Notes: a model not told the origin generated them from the sequence alone. Positions 48,417-58,755 are shown, numbered from the whole stretch's first letter. The stretch: 61,448 nt of DNA, filler included, from Anaerolineae bacterium (GCA_029262755.1; 5 parts of 5 records of this genome joined end to end with filler, not necessarily neighbours in it), one strand, 5' to 3'. Program-made: numbers and translations.

Positions 48417-49543
48417 TCGGCTCGCACATGCCGGGAGACGATCCACGACCTGCGGCCGATGATACTGGACCAATAGCGTCTGTCATCGTTCCTTGCTGGC
48501 AAGCGGAGTCGGTGTTGGCTGAGTGTTTGGATGCACTCGGCCAACAATCGTTGGCAATCGCCGTTGATGGGCGAACGCCGCCAAGCCTCGAGGTCATCGT
48601 GGTGAATGACGGTTCAACGGACCAGACGGCTGCCATCGCGGATGCCTGGTTGGACGGACTCGGCGCCGAGAAGATTGAGGGACAGGTATTGCAATGTCCG
48701 CACAAAGGAGCGGCCGCTGCACGCAACGCCGGTGTCGCGCAAGCGCGTGCTCCAATCCTTTTGTTCACCGACGCGGATTGTAGGCCGGACGTTGAATGGG
48801 CAGCACGCATGCTGGCCGCTTTCGAAAATCCTGCAACGGCTGCTGCGATGGGTAGGTTTCGAACGGATCAGAGAGCTCTAGTGGCGCGTGTAGTCCAGGC
48901 TGAGTATCAGGACAAGGAGATCGGAATGTTGTCGCGCCCTGACGTGTCGTTCTTCGATACGGCCACGGCCGCGATTCGAAAAACCGTGCACGTGTCGGTG
49001 GGCGGATTCCGCTCTTCGATGGCTGCGGTGGAAGACACGGAGTTCGCGTTTCGACTGCACAAGGCGGGCTACGGTGTTCACCTCGTGCCCGATGCCTTTG
49101 TCACCCACCGGCACCCCGCGACATGGCGGACGTACGTGCGTCGCAAGGCACGTTTCGGACGTTGGGGCGCGCGTGCGTACGGAGCCTATCCCAAGCGGGT
49201 GGTCGGCGACAGCCGCACCCCTTGGGCTATGCGCATCCAGATGTTGATCATGCTTCTTGCGCTGCCGGTCAGCGTGACGGGCGCCTCGGCAGGCCTGATA
49301 CGTGCGCGTCCAAACACACTCGGTTGGGTGCTCGCCACGGTACTTGCCTCATTCACGTTGACCACGATTCCCGCCTCCATTCGATACCTACGACGCGGGC
49401 ATGGGCTCGCGGTCGCCCTCGCCTGGCCATTGGCCGCGGGGCTTCGCGCGCTGGCGCTTGACCTCGGGCTGCTGTACGGGACGATCGAGGGCATGCTTCA
49501 GCGTACACGACGGGAAGGGGAGTCCGATGCCGAACACCGCTAG
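48413..49543 (+). CDS. Glycosyltransferase family 2
   Basis: SVIVPCW, VVNDGSTD, FTDADC, EDTEF, C-terminal TMs. Confidence 0.9.
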   Translation: MIGSHMPGDDPRPAADDTGPIASVIVPCWQAESVLAECLDALGQQSLAIAVDGRTPPSLEVIVVNDGSTDQTAAIADAWLDGLGAEKIEGQVLQCPHKGAAAARNAGVAQARAPILLFTDADCRPDVEWAARMLAAFENPATAAAMGRFRTDQRALVARVVQAEYQDKEIGMLSRPDVSFFDTATAAIRKTVHVSVGGFRSSMAAVEDTEFAFRLHKAGYGVHLVPDAFVTHRHPATWRTYVRRKARFGRWGARAYGAYPKRVVGDSRTPWAMRIQMLIMLLALPVSVTGASAGLIRARPNTLGWVLATVLASFTLTTIPASIRYLRRGHGLAVALAWPLAAGLRALALDLGLLYGTIEGMLQRTRREGESDAEHR

Positions 49544-50459
49544 TCCGCTCCGCCGTATCCTGGGGCGATGGTACTCGACGATACTCGCCCGCTTGATGCG
49601 TCCGAGTTTCGCGCACGACCCGGTGAGCTTCGACATCTGGGAGCGAAGGGGACTGCATCTCACGCCGGCTCATTTCTACTCTCCCATTCCAGATACGCGA
49701 GAGCTCCGCGAACGGCTCCGCCCGACGCTTCGCGTGGGTGGTATTGACCTTCGAACCGATGCGCAGTTGGCTCTCCTTGCACGCATTGGGCGCGAGAGCG
49801 CGCCGACCCTTGGAGGTTTGCCGAAGACCGGCAGTCCAGAGCATGGGTTCTTCCTCGAAAATGATGCGTTCACCGGAATCGATCCCCTGCTCTACGTCGG
49901 CGTCTTGGAGGCCTACCGACCGCGTCGGGTCGTAGAAGTCGGGTCCGGATTCTCGACCATGCTGGCCGCACAGGTACTCGCCAGCCGTCGCGACGCATCG
50001 CTTCAGAGCATCGATCCATGGCCACGGCCGTTCATCGAACAGGGCGTGCCCGGGGTCGACCTCGTGAAACACAGGGTCGAAGAGCTGCCTCTCGACCATT
50101 TCACTACGCTCGAAGCCGGCGACGTTCTGTTCATCGACAGTTCCCACGTCGTGCGCGCAGGTAGCGACGTCAACTACTTGTTCCTTGAGGTATTGCCGTA
50201 CTTGGCCGAAGGAGTCTTGGTCCACGTTCATGACATATTCTTACCGGATGAATACCCACGGGCCTGGCTCGTCGAACAGAAGCGATTCTGGTCAGAGCAG
50301 TATCTTCTCGCGGCGTTTTTATGCCACAACTCGCGCGCGGAGGTGCTGCTCGCGGCCCATTTCCTTGGCACGAGGCATCGGCCCGCGGTCGTGAAAGCGC
50401 TGCCTTGGGCGACACGCTTTGATGGCGGCAGCTTCTGGATTCGGATGCTCGGATCTTGA
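49527..50459 (+). CDS. Class I SAM methyltransferase (Methyltransf_24-like)
   Basis: HFYSPIPD, VEVGSGFST, LFIDSSH, VHVHDIFLP. Confidence 0.85.
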   Translation: MPNTASPLRRILGRWYSTILARLMRPSFAHDPVSFDIWERRGLHLTPAHFYSPIPDTRELRERLRPTLRVGGIDLRTDAQLALLARIGRESAPTLGGLPKTGSPEHGFFLENDAFTGIDPLLYVGVLEAYRPRRVVEVGSGFSTMLAAQVLASRRDASLQSIDPWPRPFIEQGVPGVDLVKHRVEELPLDHFTTLEAGDVLFIDSSHVVRAGSDVNYLFLEVLPYLAEGVLVHVHDIFLPDEYPRAWLVEQKRFWSEQYLLAAFLCHNSRAEVLLAAHFLGTRHRPAVVKALPWATRFDGGSFWIRMLGS

Positions 50460-51382
50460 CCGTCGAGCGGATCGGGGTCGTCGTCGTCAGCTGGAACACT
50501 CGCGACCTGCTGCGCGCCGCTCTTACATCGATTCAGGCCGCCGGGGAAGATCAGTCGGTGCGAACCTACGTAGTGGACAATGCTTCGGAAGACGGCAGCC
50601 CAGCAATGGTTCGTGCCGAGTTTCCGCACGCAACTTTGATCGAAAACCCGCGCAACGAGGGCTTCGGGAGCGCCAACAATCGGGCGTTCGAGGTAGGAGG
50701 CGAAGTTGAAGATGCGTACCTACTCCTTAACAGCGACGCGGAGCTCTGTCCTGGTGCGTTAGCGCATGTCGTCAATACGCTGAATCACTACCCCCGATGC
50801 GGTGCAGTCGGTGCGCGATTGGTGAATCCTGACGGAAGCTTCCAGGCGTCCTATGCCCGCTTTCCCACTCTTCGCGACGAGGTGGCCGGGATTTTGGGCC
50901 TTACGCGCTGGGTGGCACGACCGGGGTTTCCCACGTACGACGAGGCAGCGAGCCGACATTCTGCCGACGTCGATTGGGTAGGAGGGGCTTGCATGCTTGT
51001 GCGTAGTGTGGCTCTGCGCGAAATCGGTGGCTTCGATACCGGCTACCACATGTACAGCGAGGAAATGGACTTGTGTCGCAGGCTCCGTGATCAAGGCTGG
51101 TCGATCCGATACGAGCCGGCGGCGGTGGCCCTGCACCATGGTGGCCGGAGCACGGACCTAGTCCCGGAACGTAGAGCCGCAGATCTGTGGTCAAGCCGGC
51201 TGCAGTTCCACGCGCGACATGCATCGTCCGGACGCGTCGTTGCGCTTCGCGTTGTGCTCGGTGCCGCTTACGCAGCCCGGGCGATGCTCTGGAGCGCTGC
51301 TGCCTTGCTCTCTAAACGGGACAAGCGCCGACAGAAGGCACGTTCAGCACGCCGGGTCGTGCGCGTTGCTTGGGGCGTCTGA
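50456..51382 (+). CDS. Glycosyltransferase family 2 (WbbL-like)
   Basis: VVSWNT, VDNASED, LLLNSD, DWVGGAC, MYSEEMDLC. Confidence 0.9.
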   Translation: MTVERIGVVVVSWNTRDLLRAALTSIQAAGEDQSVRTYVVDNASEDGSPAMVRAEFPHATLIENPRNEGFGSANNRAFEVGGEVEDAYLLLNSDAELCPGALAHVVNTLNHYPRCGAVGARLVNPDGSFQASYARFPTLRDEVAGILGLTRWVARPGFPTYDEAASRHSADVDWVGGACMLVRSVALREIGGFDTGYHMYSEEMDLCRRLRDQGWSIRYEPAAVALHHGGRSTDLVPERRAADLWSSRLQFHARHASSGRVVALRVVLGAAYAARAMLWSAAALLSKRDKRRQKARSARRVVRVAWGV

Positions 51383-51384
51383 GC

Positions 51385-52302
51385 ATGGAGCGCACATCCT
51401 GCCCCTTGGACGGTACGTTCGAGGCGACGATTGTCCGCAAGGCGCGTGACGTCGAGTTTGGCGGCATCGAGCGCTTCTCGATCGTTCGCTGCACGCGTTG
51501 CGGGATGCACTACCTCAACCCGCGCCCGGGCCTTGCATCGATCGGCGCCTATTATCCCGCGGTCTACTACACCCATCGCGGGCCAGATCTGCGGCGCGAT
51601 GCGCGAGTTTATCGTCTTCCGGCACGCCTCGTGCACGAGCACGGGCGTCCCGGAACGTTGATGGACATCGGAGCCGGGGGCGGCGGTCTCCTCACCGTTC
51701 TTCAGGATGAAGGCTGGCCAGAACTAGCCGGCATCGAACCGGATCCTGAGGCGGCGCGTGCCGCGCAAGGGCGTGGGCTGGATGTGGCGGTCGGTGGATT
51801 TCCGCACGCACCGCTCGATGTGCTGTCGATCGATACGGCAACCATGTTCGAAGTGCTCGAACATCTCCACGATCCTGTTGCTGCGTTGCGAGAAGTCGCC
51901 ACCGCCTTGAAGCCGGGCGGTCGGCTCATCCTGTCGACACCAAACTACGCTGGGTTGGAGTTTCGACTGCTGGGGGCCCACAGTGTTTCCCTACAGGTTC
52001 CACGTCACCTGATGTTCTTCGAGCGGCGTAGTCTGGACTTCGCTCTTCGGGCGGCCGGCTTGGAGCCGGTCCTTCTGCGCACTACCGGCACGCTGACCGG
52101 GTTGACCCGCAGCCTCTGGCTTTGGGCACGGCCGGGGAACGGAGGGTATCTCGACGGGGCCGCCGTTGCACTTGCTTCGGACGGCCCGAGTTGGCGAGGG
52201 CGCATCCATGGCTTGCTGGACGTCGTCCTGCTGCCCGTGGCGTGGATTGCGAATTCCCTGGGATTCGGGCCGACCCTCGTTGCGGTCGCACGTAAGCCAT
52301 GA
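51385..52302 (+). CDS. Class I SAM methyltransferase
   Basis: CPL..CTRCG Zn motif, MDIGAGGG, VLEHLHDP, LKPGG, PRHL. Confidence 0.87.
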   Translation: MERTSCPLDGTFEATIVRKARDVEFGGIERFSIVRCTRCGMHYLNPRPGLASIGAYYPAVYYTHRGPDLRRDARVYRLPARLVHEHGRPGTLMDIGAGGGGLLTVLQDEGWPELAGIEPDPEAARAAQGRGLDVAVGGFPHAPLDVLSIDTATMFEVLEHLHDPVAALREVATALKPGGRLILSTPNYAGLEFRLLGAHSVSLQVPRHLMFFERRSLDFALRAAGLEPVLLRTTGTLTGLTRSLWLWARPGNGGYLDGAAVALASDGPSWRGRIHGLLDVVLLPVAWIANSLGFGPTLVAVARKP

Positions 52303-53228
52303 GCGCCGAGTCCCCGGATCTCAGTGTGCTCATCGTCAACTGGAACGGTGGCCGGCTTCTCGCGAACTGTGTGGCGAGCATCACGGCCGCCTCGACCGGA
52401 ATGCGGGTCGAGATCCTCTTGGTCGACAACGCCAGCACCGACGATAGCCTGGAGCGCCTGCCTGACGTAGATGGAATGCAGTTAATCCGCTTGCCGGACA
52501 ATCGCGGCTTTGCCGCTGCCACGAACATTGCGGCCGCCCGTGCGCGCGGGCGCCTCCTGCTGCTCCTGAATCCAGACACGGAGTGCCGACCCGCCTCCCT
52601 CAAGTCATTGGTGGGTGCATTCGATGCGGCCCCGAACGTCGGAGCATTGGGACCGCGCTTGCTCCACACCGACGGTCGAGTGCAACGTTCAGCCTGGCGC
52701 GGCTATCCAGGCGTGCGCTCTACTTGGCTGGACGCTTTGTACATGTGGAAAGTGCCCTGGCTACCAGGCGTCCGCCATTCCGAGGTTGCAGCGCGTGAGA
52801 GGGCCGCGGATGTCGACCATTTGCTCGGCGCGTGCATCCTCACCTCGGCGGACGTTTGGCGCGACGTCGGCCCATTGGACGAGGGGTACTTTCTCTTTCT
52901 CGAAGAGACGGATTGGTGCCGGCGCGTCCGGGCCACGGGCCGGCGCGTGATCTTCGACCCTAGTTCGGTCGTCGTGCATCACGGAGAGCACAGCGTCTAC
53001 CAGGCGCCGGCGAGCAGCCTTGTGCATTATGCGCAGAGCCTGTTGCGCTTCGTGCGCAACGATGGGGCCGGGCCCTCGCGCATCCTTGCCCTCAAAGCAG
53101 CGATGGCCACCGGGGCAATTGTCCGCCTCGGGCTTTGGGCCGCTCGACTCGGCGGCGCGCGCCGCTCGTTGGCACGGGGGATGATACGGGGTTACCGGAA
53201 GGTGCTAGTCGAGATTGTGCATGGATAA
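52299..53228 (+). CDS. Glycosyltransferase family 2 (WbbL-like)
   Basis: LIVNWN, VDNASTD, NRGFAAA, LLLNPD, FLEETDWC. Confidence 0.9.
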   Translation: MSAESPDLSVLIVNWNGGRLLANCVASITAASTGMRVEILLVDNASTDDSLERLPDVDGMQLIRLPDNRGFAAATNIAAARARGRLLLLLNPDTECRPASLKSLVGAFDAAPNVGALGPRLLHTDGRVQRSAWRGYPGVRSTWLDALYMWKVPWLPGVRHSEVAARERAADVDHLLGACILTSADVWRDVGPLDEGYFLFLEETDWCRRVRATGRRVIFDPSSVVVHHGEHSVYQAPASSLVHYAQSLLRFVRNDGAGPSRILALKAAMATGAIVRLGLWAARLGGARRSLARGMIRGYRKVLVEIVHG

Positions 53229-53688
53229 GCGCAAACGGCCGACGGTATTGTTCCTGACGCAAGTGCTGCCATGGCCTTTGGACTCCGGTCCCAAGGTGCG
53301 CGCCTATCATGTTTTGCGTTGGCTGGCGGAGAGGTCCGAAGTCGACCTCGTGTCGTATGTTCGGCACGACGATGCGCCGTCGTCCATCGCGCATCTTGAG
53401 TCCGTATGCCGATCCGTGCGCTGCGTACCGGTGGCACGTGCCCGCTGGCGCGACGTCCGGGACGTTGTTCGAGCCGTGCTCAGCGGCCGGCCGGCCGTGC
53501 TGCTACGAGACGATCAACCAAGGATGCGTGCGGCGATTCGCGCAGCAATAGTCGAGTCCGGCCGCGGGGGCCCCGAAGTCGTGCACGCCGACCAACTGTG
53601 GATGGCGACATTGGCTCTCCGCGTGCCTGCGGGACTTCATGTGCTCGATCTCCATAACGCGACTTGGCTCGTGTTCGATCGGCTCGCG
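53221..53688 (+). CDS. Glycosyltransferase family 4 N-terminal domain (partial)
   Basis: VLFLTQVLPWPLDSGPKVRAY, HADQLWMA, LDLHNA; runs into the contig end. Confidence 0.8.
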
Positions 53689-53788
53689 NNNNNNNNNNNN
53701 NNNNNNNNNNNNNNNNNNNNNNNNNNNNNNNNTTAATTAATTAANNNNNNNNNNNNNNNNNNNNNNNNNNNNNNNNNNNNNNNNNNNN
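53689..53788. other. Artificial contig spacer
   Basis: N-run, TTAATTAATTAA, N-run. Confidence 0.98.
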
Positions 53789-53804
53789 AGTTCGTGAAAC
53801 ACCT

Positions 53805-53853
53805 AGAAAACAAGGCGCCCGCTCCGAATCTCTCGGAGCGGGCACCTTGTTCT
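53805..53853 (-). terminator. Terminator downstream of chrA (possibly bidirectional)
   Basis: AACAAGGCGCCCGCTCCGA-atctc-TCGGAGCGGGCACCTTGTT long stem with T-rich flanks. Confidence 0.75.
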
Positions 53854-53871
53854 CAGCGCTACGTGGCCATG

Positions 53872-55209
53872 TCAGCCCGCGAGCAGCCAGCCCACCGCGG
53901 CGCCCGCGAGCACGAGCGCCCAGCCTGGGACGCGCCATCGCAGGCCGGCCAGCAGCGCGGCGCCGGCCAACGCCCATGACCAGGGGTGGATCAAGGCGGT
54001 GCGGCTCAGGTCGAGAAGGACAGCGACGATTAGGGCGACCACGGCGGCGTTGACGGTGGCGAGCACCGCGCGCGCGGAGCTGCTGCGGCGTAGGCGCGGC
54101 ATGAGCGGGCCCATCGCGAGCACGATGAGGAACGAGGGCAGGAAGATGCCCACGGTTGCGACCGCCGCACCGGGCACGCCGCGCAGCAGGTAGCCGACGA
54201 AAGCTGCCGTGGCCAGCACCGGGCCCGGCGTGATCTGCCCGGAGGCAATCGCGTCGAGCAGCGTTTGGGCGTCCAGCCAGCCTCGCTGCGCGACGATGGC
54301 ACGGTCTAGATAGGCGATCAGCACGTAGCCGCTGCCGAAGAGCAGCGCCCCGATGCGCAGGAAGACCAGAAAGATGGCCAGGAGGGCCGGCGATGCCGCG
54401 GTGGCGGCGCCGAGTACGGCCGCGCCGAGGGAGGCCGTCGTCGCGGCCGAGGCGGCCGAGGCGGAACCTAGCCCCGATAGAGATGCGGTGGTGGTGGTGG
54501 TGGTGGCTGCTTCCGGCGCGGACGTGGTGGATAGCGAAGCGAACGCGAGTAGCAGGGGTGAGACGCCCTGGGCGCTCGTGGGCTCATCGATCTCCGACGG
54601 TGCAGGTTCGGAGGCGCGTGTGTGGTTCGCAGTGGGTGTGGAATCTGGGGAGCGTTCCGGTGGCGGTGGGGGCCTTCGCCCAGCGAGCGTTGCACCCGCG
54701 AGGCCGGCCAGGGCCGCGCCGGCGAGCAGCCAGACTTCGCCCATGGGAGTGGCCATCGCCAACGCGAAGACGGCTAGCGCGACGGCGCGCGGGAGCGTGC
54801 CGGCCAACGCGATGCGGCCCAGACGCCAGGCGGCGCCCGCGATGATCGCGACGACGACCGGGGTCACGCCGGCCAAGATGCCGCCCGCGGCGGGGAGGTG
54901 GCCGTAGCGGACGTAGGCGGACGCCACGGCAAGCACGGCCAGGAAGGCCGGTGTGATGAAGCCGACGCCCGCGACGATCGCGCCCGCGACGCCGGCGCGG
55001 ACGTAGCCGACGTGGATGGCCATCTCGGTGGAGTTGGGGCCCGGCACCAAGTGGGTTGCACCGAGCAGGTCGAGAAAGTGTTCGCGGGTCAGCCACTGGC
55101 GGCGCGTGACGAAGGCTTCTTCGAACAGCGCGATGTGTGCCGCCGGGCCGCCGAACGCGGTCAGGCCGAGGCGGGTGAAGGACACCCCGATCTCGACCAA
55201 GGGGCTCAC
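53872..55209 (-). CDS. chrA: Chromate efflux transporter (long-chain CHR)
   Basis: AFGGPAAHI, PGPNSTE, FGSGYVL, GQITPGPV. Confidence 0.92.
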   Translation of the reverse strand: MSPLVEIGVSFTRLGLTAFGGPAAHIALFEEAFVTRRQWLTREHFLDLLGATHLVPGPNSTEMAIHVGYVRAGVAGAIVAGVGFITPAFLAVLAVASAYVRYGHLPAAGGILAGVTPVVVAIIAGAAWRLGRIALAGTLPRAVALAVFALAMATPMGEVWLLAGAALAGLAGATLAGRRPPPPPERSPDSTPTANHTRASEPAPSEIDEPTSAQGVSPLLLAFASLSTTSAPEAATTTTTTASLSGLGSASAASAATTASLGAAVLGAATAASPALLAIFLVFLRIGALLFGSGYVLIAYLDRAIVAQRGWLDAQTLLDAIASGQITPGPVLATAAFVGYLLRGVPGAAVATVGIFLPSFLIVLAMGPLMPRLRRSSSARAVLATVNAAVVALIVAVLLDLSRTALIHPWSWALAGAALLAGLRWRVPGWALVLAGAAVGWLLAG

Positions 55210-55928
55210 CGGGCGCTGTCCTCCGGCTCGAGCTCCAGCTTGTAGCCGATACCGCGCACGGTAATCAGATGCCGCGGCTTGGCGGCATCGGCCTCCAGCT
55301 TGAGACGTAGATGGCGCACGTGCACGTCGACCGTGCGCTCGCTACCGACGTCGCTCTCGTAGCCCCACACGGCTTCGATGAGCTGGTCGCGTGAGAAGGG
55401 CCGACCGGGATGGCGGGCAAGGTATCGCAGCAGGCGAAACTCGATCGGTGTCAGATCGAGCGTGCGGCCGTCCCGTCGTGCTTGCAGCCGCTCGAGGTCC
55501 AACTCGATGTCGCCGATCATGATTCGCCGCGGTTCGTCGTCATCGGCGGAGAGCTCGCCGTATGCACGACGTAGGCTGGCCCGGATGCGAGAGATCAGCT
55601 CGCGCAGGCCGTAGGGCTTGACGATGTAGTCGTCAGCGCCGAGCTCGAGGCCGAGAACTTTGTCGAGCTCTTCGTCACGCGCGGTGAGCATCAGGATCGG
55701 TAGGCGCTTGCCCTCCGAGCGAATCGTTCGGCATACGTCGAAGCCGCTCTGGTCGGGTAGGCGCACGTCGAGCAGGACGAGGGCGGGGTCGTCGTTGCGC
55801 ACCGCGGCAAGCGCCGCTTCGCCCGTCTCCGCCAGGAGCACGCGGAAACCCTCCCGCTCCAGGGCATAGGCCAAGCCACGCGCCACCGCGCGCTCATCTT
55901 CCACCACCAGGATCCGCTCGCCGCCCAC
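55206..55928 (-). CDS. OmpR/PhoB-family response regulator
   Basis: ILVVED, LLDVRLP, LGADDYIVKP, TVDVHVRHLR..TVRGIGY; GTG start with GGAGG RBS. Confidence 0.93.
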   Translation of the reverse strand: MGGERILVVEDERAVARGLAYALEREGFRVLLAETGEAALAAVRNDDPALVLLDVRLPDQSGFDVCRTIRSEGKRLPILMLTARDEELDKVLGLELGADDYIVKPYGLRELISRIRASLRRAYGELSADDDEPRRIMIGDIELDLERLQARRDGRTLDLTPIEFRLLRYLARHPGRPFSRDQLIEAVWGYESDVGSERTVDVHVRHLRLKLEADAAKPRHLITVRGIGYKLELEPEDSAR

Positions 55929-56182
55929 CGCCAGCCTCCACGTTGCAGGTATGGCGTCGATGATGCCCCAGCCCGGTATCGCGGCCCAACGTCGATGGGG
56001 CGTCGTCGGGCACGTCGGTCGCATCGGCAGGGGGTCGTTGCGCGTCTCAACATCACGCGCACTTCGGGTTGGGTGCGTGATCGTGGACGGCATACCCCGG
56101 CGTACGGCATCATCTTGGGCCGCGCGGGCCGTTTGGCTCGCGCGGACGGTCCGCGTCGCGCTAGGCGAGGGAGGCTGCATCG

Positions 56183-57466
56183 ATGGGCTGGCGGGAGGAA
56201 CGTCGCGTCGCGATGGATGCGTTGCGCATGGCCGCTCGGCTGTGCGAACTCGTGCGCACACGAGAGGCGGCAAAGCCACGGATCAAGGCCGACCGCAGCC
56301 CGGTCACGGTCGCGGATTTCGGCGCGCAGGCGTTGGTTTGTCGCGCCATCGCGGCGGCCTTCCCCGGCGACCGCATGGTGGCCGAGGAAGAAGCCTCCGA
56401 TTTGGACGGCGACGAGGGTCGGGCCTTGCTCGGGCGAGCGACCGCGCTCGTGAACGAGGTGTTGGGTACCCAGATGGGCGCAGCATCATCGGGCGGTACG
56501 CCGGCAACGCGTGCATCCGACGTCCGCGACTGGATCGCGTGGCGTGGTGGGACGGCGAACACCTCTCGCTGCTGGACTCTCGATCCGATCGACGGCACGA
56601 AGGGCTTTCTGCGCGGGGATCACTACGCGATCGCGTTGGCCCTGCTCGAGGATGGGGAGCCGGTGCTCGGCGTGTTAGCCTGTCCGGCGCTCGGCCCGCA
56701 GCGCGATGGCGCCGGGCGACGCGGCGCGCTGGTCGAGGCGATCGCCGGCGGCGGCACGCGTCTGCACGCACTCTTCCCCGAATCGGATCGGGGTGCACTG
56801 GATACGGGTGTGGACGAGTACGAGGACGAGTACGAGGACTTGGGCGGGCGCACCATGCACGTCGCGTCCGCGAACGAGCCCGCCGCGCGACGGTTTGTGG
56901 AGAGCGTCGAGGGCGGGCACGGGGACGCGGCGCGACAGGAGGCAGTCGCCCGGGCAGCGGGCATCGACCAGCCCGCGCTGCGTCTCGACAGCCAGGTGAA
57001 GTACGCGGCCGTGGCCGATGGGCGCGCGGGTCTCTATCTGCGGCTGCCGAACCCGCGGACACCTGATTACCGCGAGAAGATCTGGGACCACGCCGCGGGC
57101 GCGATCGTGGTGCGCGAGGCAGGCGGGTGCGTGACCGACATCGCTGGACGCCCGTTGGCCTTCGGCCACGGCGCGCGCCTGGAGCACAATCGCGGCATCG
57201 TTGCCGGCATGCCCGAGGCGCATGAAGCGGCGATCGCCGCCTTGGCTGCGGAAGGATCGGAGACCGACATCGCAGGGAAGGACGGGCGGGCCGGCACCGC
57301 GCGGCAGTCTTCGAATCCGGTCGGGTCCGACTTGCTGTCGCGCGAGTCCGGAAAGAGCACGCAACAGGCCATCTCGCAGAGCGCCGAAGCCGCGGGACAC
57401 GCGAACGATCGTGCCCGCGGGCGGGACATCTCCCATGAGCAGGGACCGGCGGGCGATCGTGGCTGA
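56183..57466 (+). CDS. 3'(2'),5'-bisphosphate nucleotidase, HAL2/SAL1 type
   Basis: SPVTVADFGAQA, LDPIDGTKGFLRG, DSQVKY, YREKIWDHAAG. Confidence 0.9.
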   Translation: MGWREERRVAMDALRMAARLCELVRTREAAKPRIKADRSPVTVADFGAQALVCRAIAAAFPGDRMVAEEEASDLDGDEGRALLGRATALVNEVLGTQMGAASSGGTPATRASDVRDWIAWRGGTANTSRCWTLDPIDGTKGFLRGDHYAIALALLEDGEPVLGVLACPALGPQRDGAGRRGALVEAIAGGGTRLHALFPESDRGALDTGVDEYEDEYEDLGGRTMHVASANEPAARRFVESVEGGHGDAARQEAVARAAGIDQPALRLDSQVKYAAVADGRAGLYLRLPNPRTPDYREKIWDHAAGAIVVREAGGCVTDIAGRPLAFGHGARLEHNRGIVAGMPEAHEAAIAALAAEGSETDIAGKDGRAGTARQSSNPVGSDLLSRESGKSTQQAISQSAEAAGHANDRARGRDISHEQGPAGDRG

Positions 57467-58108
57467 ACGTCAGCGCCGCTCGGGCGACGTGAGCGGTCGC
57501 GCGAAGTCGTTTCGCGCCGGCCGCGTGCCGCCTCGCGCCTCGGTGTCGCGACGAGCGGGAGCACGCAGGGAGCCCCGCTCGGGCGGCGCGCGCGGACGAT
57601 GGGTCCGCGCGATCGCGCTGTGCTCGGGCGCCATGGGCCTGCTGGCCGCGCTGTGGTCGGTACCCGCGTCGCGGCTTCCCACCGCTGCGCCCCAGCAAGG
57701 CGGGCAGGCGTCCGTCCGATTCGTCCATGCCGCACCGCACGGTGCGCTGACGGACGTTAACTTCGACGGGTCACCGGCCTTTGACGACGTCGATTACAAG
57801 ATGATCGAAGCACCGATCGACGTTGCACCGGGCACCTTTGAGGTCGACGTGCGCCGCGCCTTGGGCCAACGTCTGCGCTACTTCTCCCGTTACGACCTGA
57901 CGGTGGCAGCGGACGAGCGCTGGACGATCGTGCTCACCGATCGCAGCGGCACGTACTACCACGCGGACATCGAGGACGACCCGCCCGCCCCGCCCGCCGG
58001 CCGCGCCGCGGTCCGCCTCGTACACGTCTCCGGCGATGCGGGGCTCGTGAAGCTGCGGGCGCAAGCCGGTGGCCAGACCCCCTCGGTCAGCTACCGCTCC
58101 GCATCATC
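57435..58108 (+). CDS. Secreted DUF4397-like protein (partial)
   Basis: Signal-like segment, then repeated 'VRFVHAAP' / 'VRLVHVS' motifs; start uncertain. Confidence 0.65.
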
Positions 58109-58208
58109 NNNNNNNNNNNNNNNNNNNNNNNNNNNNNNNNNNNNNNNNNNNNTTAATTAATTAANNNNNNNNNNNNNNNNNNNNNNNNNNNNNNNNNNNN
58201 NNNNNNNN
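58109..58208. other. Artificial contig spacer
   Basis: N-run, TTAATTAATTAA, N-run. Confidence 0.98.
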
Positions 58209-58209
58209 A

Positions 58210-58704
58210 GCGGGGATTCGTTATCAAGGACTTGCAGGCAATAAAGGAAATGCGATTGACAGAGCGTTTTCACAGGACTTTCAAAGTGAATTCTTTGGAC
58301 TTACTCTTGAGATCCCTCTGGGAAACCGAGAGGCAAGGAGTAATCTTTCAAAAGCCAATCTCGAAGAAAAGCAAACTGTATTTAATACAAGGAAGGTAGA
58401 GCAGGAGATTGTTGTCGAAGTCAGAAAGGCAGTTCGTCAGATAAAGACAAATGGAGAAAGGATTAAGGCATCAAAGAAAGCAAAGGAATTATCACAGGAA
58501 AGACTTAGTGCGGAAGAGAAAAAGTTTAAAGTTGGAAGGTCGACCAGTCTTGAAGTAATACGTGCTCAGGCAGATCTGGCAGTTTCAGAAGGAAGGGCTA
58601 CAAATGCGATTGTTGATTACCAGATTTCATTAGGTAATCTGGATGCAGTACTTGGTACTATTCTTGAAAACAATAATATCATGATAGAAGATACAGATAC
58701 TTAG
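58210..58704 (+). CDS. TolC family outer membrane protein, C-terminal part (not in ORF track)
   Basis: Manual translation gives LEIPLGNREARS..EQEIVVEVRKAVR..AEEKKFKVGRSTSLEVIRAQADL, ending at TAG 58702-58704. Confidence 0.85.
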   Translation, partial: AGIRYQGLAGNKGNAIDRAFSQDFQSEFFGLTLEIPLGNREARSNLSKANLEEKQTVFNTRKVEQEIVVEVRKAVRQIKTNGERIKASKKAKELSQERLSAEEKKFKVGRSTSLEVIRAQADLAVSEGRATNAIVDYQISLGNLDAVLGTILENNNIMIEDTDT

Positions 58705-58755
58705 CAAATCAAACAGATTGGTAAATATTAATGAAGAAAGAAAAGGGTATGTAGA

